NCBI GenBank assembly: GCA_027006785.1
Contig: JALTFR010000049.1
Coordinates: 20,581-84,580, forward strand
Origin: Thermoplasmata archaeon
Lineage (GTDB): Archaea; Thermoplasmatota; Thermoplasmata; WALJ01
Reading direction: 5' to 3'
Length of the DNA: 64,000 nt
Positions 27,517 through 37,269 of the stretch are shown here, in pieces; position 1 is the stretch's first letter; each line of letters opens with the position of its first letter. Below the pieces are notes generated by a model that did no database searches, had not been told where the DNA came from, and was given only the letters and a program-made list of their open reading frames with translations. Position numbers and translations under genes: made by a program.

Positions 27517-28058
27517 ACTGGAAAGAGAGAATAAAGATAGAGCTGATACCCTCTGTAGAGCGAAGAAAGAAGCCCTCTTTAATGAGGATAATAGTGAGTT
27601 TATCCCTTCTTTTTCTGGCCGCACTTCTTATAATCGCCCCCTATCTTGAACCCCCGGGAACGATATATCTGGGAAACAACGGAAAGGCAAACACCATAGA
27701 CCATCAGGCAGAGATAAACAACCTCAGCAATCCTGTGGCAAGGGCCATATATTATTTTGGCGACTGGGAGTGCCATCAACATGCCAACCGTTCTTTTTTC
27801 CTTCATAACAATCAGATGCCGGTCTGTGCCAGATGCACATCCATATTCCTCTTCATCGGTCTGACCGCATTTTTCCTCGTATTCTTCCGCATAAGAATGT
27901 CGTTCCTCCTCATCGTTCTACTGATAGTTCCAATGGGTCTGGATGGCACCATACAGCTCATAACGCCATATGAAAGCACGAACCTGATAAGGTTTATAAC
28001 CGGAGCTCTCGCAGGTTTTGCTTCAGTGATAGCATTCGATAGCATCTTTAACGAATAG
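27486..28058 (+). CDS. integral membrane protein with CxxC/H metal-binding-like motif (DUF2085-like?)
   Basis: Three to four TM helices. GDWECHQHAN...MPVCARCTS. Start ambiguous; an alternative start is at 27582 (MRIIVSL). Confidence 0.35.
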   Translation: MDEPYKPKNIDWKERIKIELIPSVERRKKPSLMRIIVSLSLLFLAALLIIAPYLEPPGTIYLGNNGKANTIDHQAEINNLSNPVARAIYYFGDWECHQHANRSFFLHNNQMPVCARCTSIFLFIGLTAFFLVFFRIRMSFLLIVLLIVPMGLDGTIQLITPYESTNLIRFITGALAGFASVIAFDSIFNE

Positions 28059-28103
28059 GGCAAATCTCTGCGACAGTTTTTTATTTCATGCCCAAATCTC
28101 CGG

Positions 28104-29054
28104 TTGATTGCCATGAAGATACTCGTGTCTGATAAGCTGGCCGAAGAGGCCTTGGAAGTGCTGAGGAAAGAGGCGGATGTGGACTATCTCGAACCAACTC
28201 CGGAAGAGCTTCTCTCCATAATAGAGAAATATGACGGAATAATCGTGAGGAGCAGGACCAAGGTCACGTCCGAGGTCATAGAAAGAGGAAAGAACCTGAA
28301 GGTCATAGGAAGGGCCGGTGTGGGCGTTGACAACATAGATGTGAAAAAGGCCACTGAGAAGGGAATAATGGTAGTCAACGCCCCGAGGGGAAGCACCCAC
28401 TCAGTGGCTGAACTCGTATTCGGTCACATGCTTTCTCTGGCCCGCCACCTTGCATATGCCGACCGTAGCCTGAGAGAAGGAAGATGGGAGAAGAAGAAAC
28501 TTCTGGGAATAGAACTTCAGGGAAAGACCCTCGGGGTCATCGGTTTCGGAAGGATAGGTCAGGAAGTATGGAAACTGGCTCAGGTATTCGGAATGTCTTG
28601 CATAGCATATGACCCATATATGTCGAAGGAAGTAATAGAAAAACTGGGGGCCAAAGCCGGGACGCTGGAAGGTGTGCTCAAAGAAGGGGATTTCATAACC
28701 ATACATGCCCTTTTAACCGAAGAGACAAGGCACATGATATCTGAGGAGCAGTTCTCCCTTATGAAACCCACCGCATATATCATAAACTGTGCTAGAGGCG
28801 GAATAATAGATGAAAAAGCCCTGTATGAAGCTGCGAAGGGAGGCAGAATAGCCGGTGCTGCTCTCGATGTCTTTGAGACGGAGCCTCCCGGAGACAACCC
28901 TCTTTTCGAGCTGGATAACGTATATTTCACACCTCATCTGGGCGCATCCACCAAAGAGGCACAGATAAGAGCTGGAGTTACAACGGCAGAACAGGTTCTT
29001 AAGGTCCTGAATGGTGAGAAACCTGACTTTCTGGTCAACCGGGAACTACTCTGA
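28104..29054 (+). CDS. D-isomer specific 2-hydroxyacid dehydrogenase (phosphoglycerate dehydrogenase SerA-like)
   Basis: GVIGFGRIGQEV NAD-binding fold. Catalytic R...E...H (NCARGGIID, TPHLGAST). Confidence 0.75.
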   Translation: MIAMKILVSDKLAEEALEVLRKEADVDYLEPTPEELLSIIEKYDGIIVRSRTKVTSEVIERGKNLKVIGRAGVGVDNIDVKKATEKGIMVVNAPRGSTHSVAELVFGHMLSLARHLAYADRSLREGRWEKKKLLGIELQGKTLGVIGFGRIGQEVWKLAQVFGMSCIAYDPYMSKEVIEKLGAKAGTLEGVLKEGDFITIHALLTEETRHMISEEQFSLMKPTAYIINCARGGIIDEKALYEAAKGGRIAGAALDVFETEPPGDNPLFELDNVYFTPHLGASTKEAQIRAGVTTAEQVLKVLNGEKPDFLVNRELL

Positions 29055-29076
29055 AACCATTTACCCCTTCGGGGTG

Positions 29077-29310
29077 ATGCACATAGGAAATAGAGAAGAA
29101 GAGAAGGCAATGGTAGAATCGAGGAACGCCTTTGCACGAGCATTCCTGAAGACACTTCAGGCACATCAGTTAGAGCGCTCTCTGGACGAGTACCCTGAAA
29201 TATTTGCCATGGCCCGTGCTTTCATACTCAGCACCAGTTATGGAGATCTCTATGGAGAGAACATTCGCCCCAAAAAAGGCATCAATCCTTTTGATGACGA
29301 AGAAGAATGA
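29077..29310 (+). CDS. hypothetical small protein
   Basis: 77 aa from MHIGNREEEK. No recognisable motif. Overlaps the convergent gene 3' end. Confidence 0.2.
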   Translation: MHIGNREEEKAMVESRNAFARAFLKTLQAHQLERSLDEYPEIFAMARAFILSTSYGDLYGENIRPKKGINPFDDEEE

Positions 29311-29887
29311 GATTATAGGGAAGAATCATTCCGTCAGACCCCTCAATTTTTCCGCATCCATGGGAGAAAAGCTTTCTCTGAAAGATGCTCGGGGGCATTA
29401 TTTTTTCTCTTTCACAGGTAAGTATTATCGAATTCAATGGTAAGCTGTTCAAAATCGGAGCCAGTTCTTCCGGAGTCTGGGGCACCCTGTTCCATCCAGA
29501 CTTAAAATCCATCTCTAGAGAGAACGCCACGCTATCGCTCATGGATACTGCCTTTTCCAGTTCTTCGAGGGACATGAGAGTTCTGCTGTCCATAACGGCC
29601 AGTTCAGTCCCGAGTACGAGGGCGTCCATAAGGAACTCGGCTCTTCTGAAACCTCCTTTGAGCCATATTCTGAACTCTTCTCCGAGTCTCTCTATAAGGT
29701 CTATGTCGAATCTGTTCTTTTCCATGCCATCCTCATCTATTATGTAGAAGACAGTTTCCTCTTCATACCCGCTCATTTCAGACTCTATGCTGCGAAGGAG
29801 GGGGGCGGCCTCGAGCATCCTTCCGGTTCCAGGTTCTATGACCTTTCCGTTTCTCACCGTTATCTCCGGGATGAGTTTCACAGCCAT
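29282..29887 (-). CDS. HisA/HisF-related TIM-barrel-like protein (putative)
   Basis: N-terminus MAVKLIPEITVRNGKVIEPGTG resembles HisA/HisF (M.IIPAIDL.DGK.V). Weak overall. Confidence 0.3.
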   Translation of the reverse strand: MAVKLIPEITVRNGKVIEPGTGRMLEAAPLLRSIESEMSGYEEETVFYIIDEDGMEKNRFDIDLIERLGEEFRIWLKGGFRRAEFLMDALVLGTELAVMDSRTLMSLEELEKAVSMSDSVAFSLEMDFKSGWNRVPQTPEELAPILNSLPLNSIILTCEREKIMPPSIFQRKLFSHGCGKIEGSDGMILPYNLILLRHQKD

Positions 29888-29989
29888 AAATACACGACCT
29901 GTTTATTAGTTTCTCGCATCTCTGAAAGATTAACTTTAAGTATAAGAAGCGATAATGCGGCAGAAAGGCCTGAACGGAGGCATATATAC

Positions 29990-30445
29990 ATGGCAAGAAT
30001 GCATGCAAGAAGAAAAGGTAGGTCCGGTTCGAGAAGACCCTTCGTCAATAAAAACCCTGACTGGGTGCCCTACAGCAGCGCTGAGGTAGAGGAAAAGGTA
30101 GTGGAGCTTTCCAAAGCGGGCAACTCCTCTGCAAAGATAGGGCTTATACTGAGGGACCAGTACGGAATTCCAAACGTTAAACTGGCTACTGGAAAGAGTG
30201 TTACCCAGATATTGAATGAAAACGACATAAAGGGAAAACTCCCGGAGGACCTCTCATTTCTCATGAAAAAGGCTGTCAATCTCAAAAAACACCTTGAGGA
30301 GAACCCGAAGGACACATCAAACAGAAGAGGTCTTCAACTGGTGGAGTCAAAGATAAGGCGCCTCGTAAGGTACTACCAGAAGACCGGGAAGGTTCCTGCT
30401 GACTGGAAATATTCCATTAAAACAGCCGAGCTGGAGATAAAGTAA
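29990..30445 (+). CDS. rps15: 30S ribosomal protein S15 (uS15/S13e)
   Basis: MARMHARRKGRSGSRRP... archaeal S15 N-terminus. Confidence 0.85.
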   Translation: MARMHARRKGRSGSRRPFVNKNPDWVPYSSAEVEEKVVELSKAGNSSAKIGLILRDQYGIPNVKLATGKSVTQILNENDIKGKLPEDLSFLMKKAVNLKKHLEENPKDTSNRRGLQLVESKIRRLVRYYQKTGKVPADWKYSIKTAELEIK

Positions 30446-30454
30446 AGGTGGCAT

Positions 30455-31795
30455 ATGTTCAGGCTCTCCCTGCCGGATCAACTGGTGGACGACCTGAAAA
30501 AAGCCGCTGAAAAAACCCTTTCTTCCGGCTCTCCCGTCCATATTTTTTCACATTATGACGCTGATGGCGTGAGCTCCGCATCCATACTCGGTCTCGCGCT
30601 CTCGAGAGCATCCGTTCCATTTCAGATAGGAATAATCGGTGAAATAAGCGAAGATGTTATGAAAAGAATACGTTCATCCGAGGATTCCCTTTTCATTTTC
30701 TCGGACATAGGAAGCGGAGATGCGGACAGACTGCAGTCACTCGGTCCTGACATCATAATACTGGACCACCATGCCCCTCTAGATGGAAAATTCGAACTCA
30801 CGGAGATAAACGCTCATCGCTACGGTATAGATGGAACACGGGAGGCGTCTGGCTCAACCATGGCCTATCTCTTCGCTCTTGCTCTGAATGAGGATAATAT
30901 GAACCTTGCTCACCTTTCTCTCTCGGGAAGCACGGGGGACAGGCAGAACATAGGTGGTTTCACAGGGATAAACAGGAATATTGCAGAGCTGGGCGTGGAA
31001 AACGGAGTTCTGAATGTATCCAAGGGATTGAATCTTCCAGACCTCCCTATTAAAGACTCCATTGCTGCTTCTTACAGCCCATTCTTCAGAGGAATAAGCG
31101 GCAGGGTGGAAAAGGCTGAAAAACTTGTTAAGGATATGGGGCTTGACCCTGAGACGAAACTTTCTGAACTGGACGAAAGAGACGAGGAAAAACTGGCATC
31201 AATGCTTATGATTAAGCTTATAGAGCAGGGGTGCAGGGAAGACGTGGCGGATGAACTGATAGTGTGGAGATACACCCATGTTGCGAGCGCTCTCAGGATA
31301 GATGACATATCCTCATTCCTCGACGCTGCCGTACGGGAGGATGCGGGGATCGCCGTTGCAGCGGGCATGGGTGATGAAGAAGCGATACTGAGATCGAAGC
31401 AGATACGCTCAAAGCACAGGGCAGAAATAATGAACTCTCTTCTGACCCTTGAAAAGAGCGGAGCGCGTCAGATGAAAAACATCCAGTGGTTCTGGGCATA
31501 CAGCAGGGAAGTCTCGAGCGCTCAGACAGGAATAGGGATGCAATACCTGCTTAATCAGGAAAAACCGGCTTTCGGTCTGAGTGAAGCGGACGGTGGCATG
31601 CTCAAGATTTCTGCCCGCGGGACACGACACCTCATATCTCGAGGATTGAACCTTACTGAAGTATGCAGGGCCGCATCCGAAGTCGGTGGAAAAGGTGGGG
31701 GACACAATATCGCATCCGGATGCACCATTCCGGAGTCCCGAAAAAAGGAATTTCTGCAGATAGCCGATGAAATTGTTGGAAAGCAAATACACTGA
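30455..31795 (+). CDS. DHH/DHHA1 phosphoesterase (RecJ-like / GAN-like nuclease)
   Basis: HIFSHYDADGVSSASIL is DHH motif I. ILDHH. DHHA1 GGGH motif GGKGGGHNIASG. An S15-adjacent RecJ-like gene is common in archaea. Confidence 0.7.
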   Translation: MFRLSLPDQLVDDLKKAAEKTLSSGSPVHIFSHYDADGVSSASILGLALSRASVPFQIGIIGEISEDVMKRIRSSEDSLFIFSDIGSGDADRLQSLGPDIIILDHHAPLDGKFELTEINAHRYGIDGTREASGSTMAYLFALALNEDNMNLAHLSLSGSTGDRQNIGGFTGINRNIAELGVENGVLNVSKGLNLPDLPIKDSIAASYSPFFRGISGRVEKAEKLVKDMGLDPETKLSELDERDEEKLASMLMIKLIEQGCREDVADELIVWRYTHVASALRIDDISSFLDAAVREDAGIAVAAGMGDEEAILRSKQIRSKHRAEIMNSLLTLEKSGARQMKNIQWFWAYSREVSSAQTGIGMQYLLNQEKPAFGLSEADGGMLKISARGTRHLISRGLNLTEVCRAASEVGGKGGGHNIASGCTIPESRKKEFLQIADEIVGKQIH

Positions 31796-31831
31796 AATGT
31801 CCCAGAAGACTTATATCTTCTGAAAGAGTCT

Positions 31832-32440
31832 ATGATCTCGATGCCGATGTACAACGATGAAGAAGGAGAGATTGCCGTACGGGCGGCGAGGGCGACCATA
31901 GAGGCATTTGTCAGAGGAGAGCGCATGCCAGAGATAGCTTTTCCTGCTTCTTTTGATAGGCCGGCAGGGGCTTTTACAACCATAAACACATATCCGGAAA
32001 AGATGTTGAGAGGATGCATCGGATATCCGGGACCGTATTTTCCACTGAAAGAATCAATAGTCCGGAGCGCTCAGGAAGCGACCCGGGACCCAAGGTTTTA
32101 TCCGCTCGGTGAGGAGGAACTCGACAGGGTCGTGGTGGAAGTATCTATACTTACTTCTCCGAGACTTATAGAAGTAAAGCGCCCCAAGGAGTACTTTGAA
32201 AGGATAAAGATAGGGAGAGACGGTCTTGTGGTTCAGAATGGGGTGAACAGAGGTCTTCTTCTACCGCAGGTACCTGTAGATGAAAAATGGGATATCGAAA
32301 CATTCCTCAATTATTCATGTCTTAAAGCAGGTCTGCGCTCCGGCTGTTGGAAGGACAGAAAGACAAAGATATTCTCCTTCACTGCCGAGGTATTCGAAGA
32401 GGAAAAGCCGAGAGGCCCTGTTCATAGAAAGGAACTGTGA
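31832..32440 (+). CDS. AMMECR1 domain protein
   Basis: ...LRGCIGYPGPYFPLKESIVRSAQEATRDPRF... is the AMMECR1 core with conserved Cys. Confidence 0.75.
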   Translation: MISMPMYNDEEGEIAVRAARATIEAFVRGERMPEIAFPASFDRPAGAFTTINTYPEKMLRGCIGYPGPYFPLKESIVRSAQEATRDPRFYPLGEEELDRVVVEVSILTSPRLIEVKRPKEYFERIKIGRDGLVVQNGVNRGLLLPQVPVDEKWDIETFLNYSCLKAGLRSGCWKDRKTKIFSFTAEVFEEEKPRGPVHRKEL

Positions 32441-32441
32441 A

Positions 32442-33362
32442 TCACTCCTTATCAAGGGGCTTAAGTTCCGTGATCCCGACCACTCTGGGCATAGACTCCA
32501 GATAGACCATCAGCACCTTTTCGCCCGGTGAAAAGGCCATTTTTCTCTCAGTCTCTATAACTTTATCCTCTATCATCCTTCCCGGTATGAACTGTGTTCC
32601 GGATGAGAGATGAATGACCATGTCCTCCTTTATCTCTCCTTTCCAGTACGGGCTGAGAACAGGATCTATTCTGAATCTTGATTCGACTACCATACTTCCC
32701 GGGTCGGCAAGGGTTATTCCTCTCTGGAGTTCGTCCACATCAATGCCCTTCAATGCAAGGCCCACTCTCGACCCGACCCCTGCTTCTTTCCTGTCACGGT
32801 CATGCACCTGTATGCTCCTCACCTGGACCTTGCGCTCATAAGGATATACTTGAAGCTCCTGATGTACCTCCGCTTTTCCTCCGAGAACCGTTCCCAGAAC
32901 CACGGTTCCAACCCCTTTGACAGGAAAGAAATGATCCACGGGTATCAGTGTCCTATCCGATATCGCAGGCATACTGTATTCTGCCAGCTTCTCCCGTATC
33001 TCAATCGGTTCATTCATGAATTCGTAGTTCTCAAGGGCGGTTCCCTTTACAAGAGGTTTTATCTGTTCCGGCATGATGTAGTTCTTCAGATGAAAGATTC
33101 CCTGATCTATGCCTCTGAGGTCCAGAGCCACCATTTCCTCGCCGAGTGTCCGGTCTATGCTCTCAACACTTATCAGTGCACCATGAGCAAGGTTGACCGA
33201 ATAAAGAAGTGGCGGTATCCTGTCCGGATATCTGTGTGGGTACATGAAGGTGATATCCCCCTCCTGGCCCTTGTAATTGTACATGGTAATGTCGCTCACG
33301 GTGCCTTTTTTACCTATTTTAGAGGCTATTTCCGGGTTTCCAAGAGCAGCTATGTTGACCAT
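32442..33362 (-). CDS. EF-Tu/EF-1A-like protein with beta-barrel domain 2 and a degenerate (non-canonical) G domain
   Basis: FPVKGVGTVVLGTVLGGKAEV...GVGSRVGLALKGIDVDELQRGITLAD matches EF-Tu domain 2. The N-terminus GNPEIASKIGKKGT lacks the canonical GxxxxGK[ST], DxxG and NKxD motifs. Confidence 0.45.
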   Translation of the reverse strand: MVNIAALGNPEIASKIGKKGTVSDITMYNYKGQEGDITFMYPHRYPDRIPPLLYSVNLAHGALISVESIDRTLGEEMVALDLRGIDQGIFHLKNYIMPEQIKPLVKGTALENYEFMNEPIEIREKLAEYSMPAISDRTLIPVDHFFPVKGVGTVVLGTVLGGKAEVHQELQVYPYERKVQVRSIQVHDRDRKEAGVGSRVGLALKGIDVDELQRGITLADPGSMVVESRFRIDPVLSPYWKGEIKEDMVIHLSSGTQFIPGRMIEDKVIETERKMAFSPGEKVLMVYLESMPRVVGITELKPLDKE

Positions 33363-33366
33363 AACA

Positions 33367-33753
33367 TCACTTTGAATTGGCGAATCTCAACATCCGGTCA
33401 TATTCTATATGATATTTGAGCCCCGCTTTTTTCAGAGTCGGTTCCAGTTTTCTGGCTATTGCGGGTATCTCATCATTCTTTATTTTCATGTATATGTAAA
33501 ACTCTACAAAGCCGTCTCTCTGCGGGAAAACCATCTTTATTGCGTTCTGTTTGAGAAAACCTTCCGGTTTCTTTCCTTTTTTAAGGTCCTGCACATCTCT
33601 CTCTATCCATATCTCCACGACATCTGGGTCTTCGGGCATCTGGTTGCTCGCTTCCAGGAACTTGCGAAATAATTCCGGATACACAGGAGAGAGGTCAGAA
33701 TATTTCACTGACTCGTCGAATATGAAGTGAGCGCTCCTCACCTTCTGGTTCAT
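33367..33753 (-). CDS. hypothetical protein
   Basis: 128 aa. No motif recognised. Confidence 0.3.
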   Translation of the reverse strand: MNQKVRSAHFIFDESVKYSDLSPVYPELFRKFLEASNQMPEDPDVVEIWIERDVQDLKKGKKPEGFLKQNAIKMVFPQRDGFVEFYIYMKIKNDEIPAIARKLEPTLKKAGLKYHIEYDRMLRFANSK

Positions 33754-33947
33754 GTTATTCCCATCTCTTTGCTCTATTTAACGTTTTTCAGGCCTGAATC
33801 TCAATTTTTCAGGAAAAGCATATTTGTGCTTAGTCATACACAAATAGGACAAAACAAAAAGCTTAAATACCGTATATCATTTATTAGGGTCAAAATAGGC
33901 GAGAAGTCCTAATAATGTCCTAAAATAAGCCCCCGGAGTGGCCTGAT

Positions 33948-34349
33948 ATGGAAGAAAAGGTTAACGAACGTGTGACTGTCCGATTGCCGGAAGAGACGCT
34001 GTCCCTCATGGACGAGTTCATGAAAGTCCATGGGATAAGCAACAGATCAGAGCTTGTCAGGAACGCAGTCGAATTCTACATGGAAAAACACAAGTCCCTG
34101 ATCAAACCGGGAAAATTTTCGGAGATATGTGTTGAGCTCCCATGGAGGGCAGCACTTGCCATGGAATATCTGGACACCGAAGGGTATGTGAAGGTGAGCG
34201 CTCTCGACGGTGTCCTTCAGGAAGCTGCAACTGAATGGATAATAGGCAAGGCCAACAGATATGTGGGAAAGTCTCTGAACGAGGTCCTTGAAAGCATGCA
34301 GAATAATATGACGAGGGAAAAAGAGGTGATGGACATTGTTAGGGAGTGA
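33948..34349 (+). CDS. ribbon-helix-helix (CopG/Arc/MetJ-like) DNA-binding protein with C-terminal extension
   Basis: RVTVRLPEETLSLMDEFMKVHGISNRSELVRNAVEFYMEK is an RHH beta-alpha-alpha signature. Lies 48 nt upstream of the FtsZ-like gene. Confidence 0.6.
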   Translation: MEEKVNERVTVRLPEETLSLMDEFMKVHGISNRSELVRNAVEFYMEKHKSLIKPGKFSEICVELPWRAALAMEYLDTEGYVKVSALDGVLQEAATEWIIGKANRYVGKSLNEVLESMQNNMTREKEVMDIVRE

Positions 34350-34397
34350 TGGGATGCACTCGCCCCTACTGGGGTATCCAGCCCGAGGTGATACGAA

Positions 34398-35303
34398 ATG
34401 AAAGAAAAGGAATTTATGGAAAAAGCGTGGGCGCTCCTGAATTCGGGAAAGTACGAAAAGGCCCTTAAAGGGAAACAGGTCGCAGTGATAGGAGCAGGAG
34501 GAGCAGGCGGGAACATAGTTGAATACATGGCCAAAAATGGCCTAAACAGGATGGAGGGTGTTGAGACAATAGTCATAAACTCCGACTCATCCATACTTAG
34601 CCGGTTCACCGCTACGAGAAAGAAGATCGTCATAGGAAACGGCCCGGGAGGCGGCCCGAAAGGAGCCGACGGAAGCCGTAGACGTGCCAGAAAGATGATA
34701 GACGAGGCTAGGGAAAGTCTGGAGGTCCAGATAGGAAATTACCCTGTGATTGTCACCGTGGCAGCGCTCGGCGGAGGAACAGGCTCGGAGCTCATTGTGG
34801 AGCTATCAAAGATGGGGGTCAGGGCAGGAAAAGCAACAATCGCCATACCTGTTCTTCCGTTCAGCATGGAATCCTCCAGAAGAGGCGTTGCAAAATCCAT
34901 ACTGGAAGAGCTGAAAAACACAGGCGCAACAGTAGCGGTAATGGACAACGATTTCCTTCTCAAGCCGGAACTTATGGGCCTCCCGTCGGATAAGGCATTC
35001 GCCATCCTGAACCGGGTGATAATGAAGAAGATAGAGGAGATTCATGCTGCCGCAAGGAAGGCTGTGATGGATGAGATAGTCAAGGACATGCTCAGAAATA
35101 TGGAACTCGAACCCGAGATTTCTTCAGAGAACCCCACCATGCTGGATGCCCCCGCTATTGAAATACCTGTTGCACCGCAGCAGGCCGTGGAAGCATCTAT
35201 GGATGAACCGGCCGGTGCCAGCATTGCAGGAATATCTCGGCCAGCACCCACCCAACCAGAGGACGTGAACCGTATATCTCCCGGACCTCCTGCCGCACAG
35301 TAA
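34398..35303 (+). CDS. FtsZ/tubulin-superfamily GTPase, truncated (N-terminal GTP-binding domain only; no T7 loop/C-terminal domain)
   Basis: VAVIGAGGAGGNIV is the G1 box. ETIVINSD. AALGGGTGSELIV is the tubulin signature GGGTGSG. IAIPVLPFSMES. The whole block aligns by eye to archaeal FtsZ. After helix H7 the sequence becomes a low-complexity P/A/Q tail. RBS GAGGTGA. Confidence 0.65.
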   Translation: MKEKEFMEKAWALLNSGKYEKALKGKQVAVIGAGGAGGNIVEYMAKNGLNRMEGVETIVINSDSSILSRFTATRKKIVIGNGPGGGPKGADGSRRRARKMIDEARESLEVQIGNYPVIVTVAALGGGTGSELIVELSKMGVRAGKATIAIPVLPFSMESSRRGVAKSILEELKNTGATVAVMDNDFLLKPELMGLPSDKAFAILNRVIMKKIEEIHAAARKAVMDEIVKDMLRNMELEPEISSENPTMLDAPAIEIPVAPQQAVEASMDEPAGASIAGISRPAPTQPEDVNRISPGPPAAQ

Positions 35304-35397
35304 AAGAAATAAAGGAGAAATAAAGGAAATAAAACCGCATATCTCAAATAAACCCATTAATCATTTTTTAAATACTTGCTTTTCGACTTGCTTTGAC

Positions 35398-35601
35398 CTA
35401 TTCTTCGTCCCCATTTCTTCCAAAGTAAAGAGCGGCACCGAAAAGCCCGAATAGCACAAGGATTATGGTTATCGCATAAACACCGACATCTGTCCAGGCA
35501 CCATACAGTATGCCCCATGAAAGGTAGAAAGCTATTCCCAGAAATAGCACTAACAGATAGAACCATCTCGCTGCGGATTTCAGGGCCTGTTCTTCGGACA
35601 T
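35398..35601 (-). CDS. small membrane protein (2 TM)
   Basis: MSEEQALKSAARWFYLLVLFLGIAFYLSWGILYGAWTDVGVYAITIILVLFGLFGAALYFG. Confidence 0.35.
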   Translation of the reverse strand: MSEEQALKSAARWFYLLVLFLGIAFYLSWGILYGAWTDVGVYAITIILVLFGLFGAALYFGRNGDEE

Positions 35602-35671
35602 GAAGCCTCCGACACACATTTATCATATAAAACTTTGCTTTCAACGAACCTGCTGCGCTGGTTCTCACAGC

Positions 35672-37186
35672 TCACAGAATCTTTATGCTCTCGCCTCCAT
35701 GCCTGGTCTCTCTCGGCCTGACCTCCACAAAAAGAGGCATGGATATCCCTCCGCCCGTAACTATGGCCACCCCAAGGGGTATGTGCTGTATCAAATCGGC
35801 CATTCCGGATGTCAGCCCTTCCACGGAATCAACCACGGCTTTTATGTCATTCGGGTTCGTGACCTTCAGAATGAACTGTGTGTTGCACTGGCTCAGCACA
35901 TTCTTGTCCACCTTAGCAGGCCTCTGGCTTATTATGGCCATGCCGAGGCCGAACTTCCTTCCCTCTCCCGCAATGGTCCTCATTATTCCGGAGGATGCCA
36001 CTTTTCCCTGTTGGGGGCAGTAATTATGGGCTTCCTCAACAACCATCATCATCGGAGGAATCTTTCCAATCTTTCTGAGTTCGAAGAGGGCTGTGGCTAT
36101 GCGATTGACAATAAGCTGCTGAATCTCGGGAGGTGTGCCTTTCAGGTTTATTATGCTTGTTTTTCCCGGCTGGACAATCTCGGATATCTTGGTTCCCTGT
36201 GGTGCGAATATGTTCATATCCTCCAGATAATCCAGTGCATTGACAAGAATGCCGTAATCATGCTCCTCATCCGCTTCAAGAACAGTTATTATGTCCTTTA
36301 TCATGTATGCGGGTTTAACGCCTTTAAGATAATCGATCGCAGCTCTCAGAGGCTTGAGGTTGCTTCCCGCTTTAAGGCCCATAAGTTCCAGAAGAGAGCG
36401 GGCATCCATGCTTGAGAGGGTGAATTTAAGAGGGCGTGCATCAGGATTTATTTTTGTATCCGGAGAAAATACGATCATCCTGTCTGAATAGCTCCTTGGA
36501 GAGACATCGAACCGGGGGTCGCCAGTATCCTTTGCAGGGTCCTTCATGGAAGAATATTCACCGTGCGGGTCGAGTATAAGTAAAGTCACGCCGTGCTTCA
36601 TCATCTCCTCGATTATGACGCCAGTGATGTACGATTTTCCGGCTCCGGTCTTTGCCAGAACGCTCATGTGCTTCTGAACTATCGTATTTATATCTAGGTA
36701 TATCTTTATATCATGGCCATTCAGCATACCCACATATGCTCCTTTCTCCGGGTTGTCCTTCAGGCCGATTACCTCTCTGATAAGATCTTCGCTGGCACGG
36801 TATATTCTTTCTCCTGCCTTGAAGGGTGTGCGAGGAACCTGAAGAAGTCCCCTGTCATCTCTGTAACCTATAACGCTTATATCTGCAGATACAAGTTCCT
36901 TTATGTCCATTTCCTGCCCTTCTGCCATCTCTTGGGCCTTTTCCAGAGAGAGATCCGTCTTTCTCTGAATCGTATCCACCTGACCCAGAACCCATCCGAC
37001 CTTTTCGTGCCTCATCTGAACGTATTCGGTCTGTTCAACAGGTCCGATTATATTGCATTTGAATTCGGTAGTTCCGACATTTCCATAGATGATGCCGACT
37101 AATGGCAGGGAAAGCGAATCTTCACTCTCGCTCTGAGCAGAGATGTCGTAGGCTATATCCGAGTGCATCCGGTACGGTATAGCCAT
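35672..37186 (-). CDS. herA: HerA-type (FtsK-HerA superfamily, DUF87) ATPase/helicase
   Basis: Walker A LAKTGAGKSY. Walker B MMMVVEEAHNY. N-terminal HAS-barrel-like region. About 500 aa. Confidence 0.7.
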   Translation of the reverse strand: MAIPYRMHSDIAYDISAQSESEDSLSLPLVGIIYGNVGTTEFKCNIIGPVEQTEYVQMRHEKVGWVLGQVDTIQRKTDLSLEKAQEMAEGQEMDIKELVSADISVIGYRDDRGLLQVPRTPFKAGERIYRASEDLIREVIGLKDNPEKGAYVGMLNGHDIKIYLDINTIVQKHMSVLAKTGAGKSYITGVIIEEMMKHGVTLLILDPHGEYSSMKDPAKDTGDPRFDVSPRSYSDRMIVFSPDTKINPDARPLKFTLSSMDARSLLELMGLKAGSNLKPLRAAIDYLKGVKPAYMIKDIITVLEADEEHDYGILVNALDYLEDMNIFAPQGTKISEIVQPGKTSIINLKGTPPEIQQLIVNRIATALFELRKIGKIPPMMMVVEEAHNYCPQQGKVASSGIMRTIAGEGRKFGLGMAIISQRPAKVDKNVLSQCNTQFILKVTNPNDIKAVVDSVEGLTSGMADLIQHIPLGVAIVTGGGISMPLFVEVRPRETRHGGESIKIL

Positions 37187-37269
37187 TATTCTTTAAATAG
37201 CTTTTGACGGTAAAGAGGGTAATCACCACCAAAATCTTTAATAGTTATCCCAAATAGAGGCGTGGTTCT

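Noticed and set aside
35304-35397. Short A-rich direct repeats gaaataaagga gaaataaagga aataaaacc after the FtsZ-like gene
   Set aside because: Only two and a half copies of an 11-mer in an A/T-rich convergent terminator region, which is too short to call a repeat element. No spacers of constant length and no cas genes, so it was not considered a CRISPR array.
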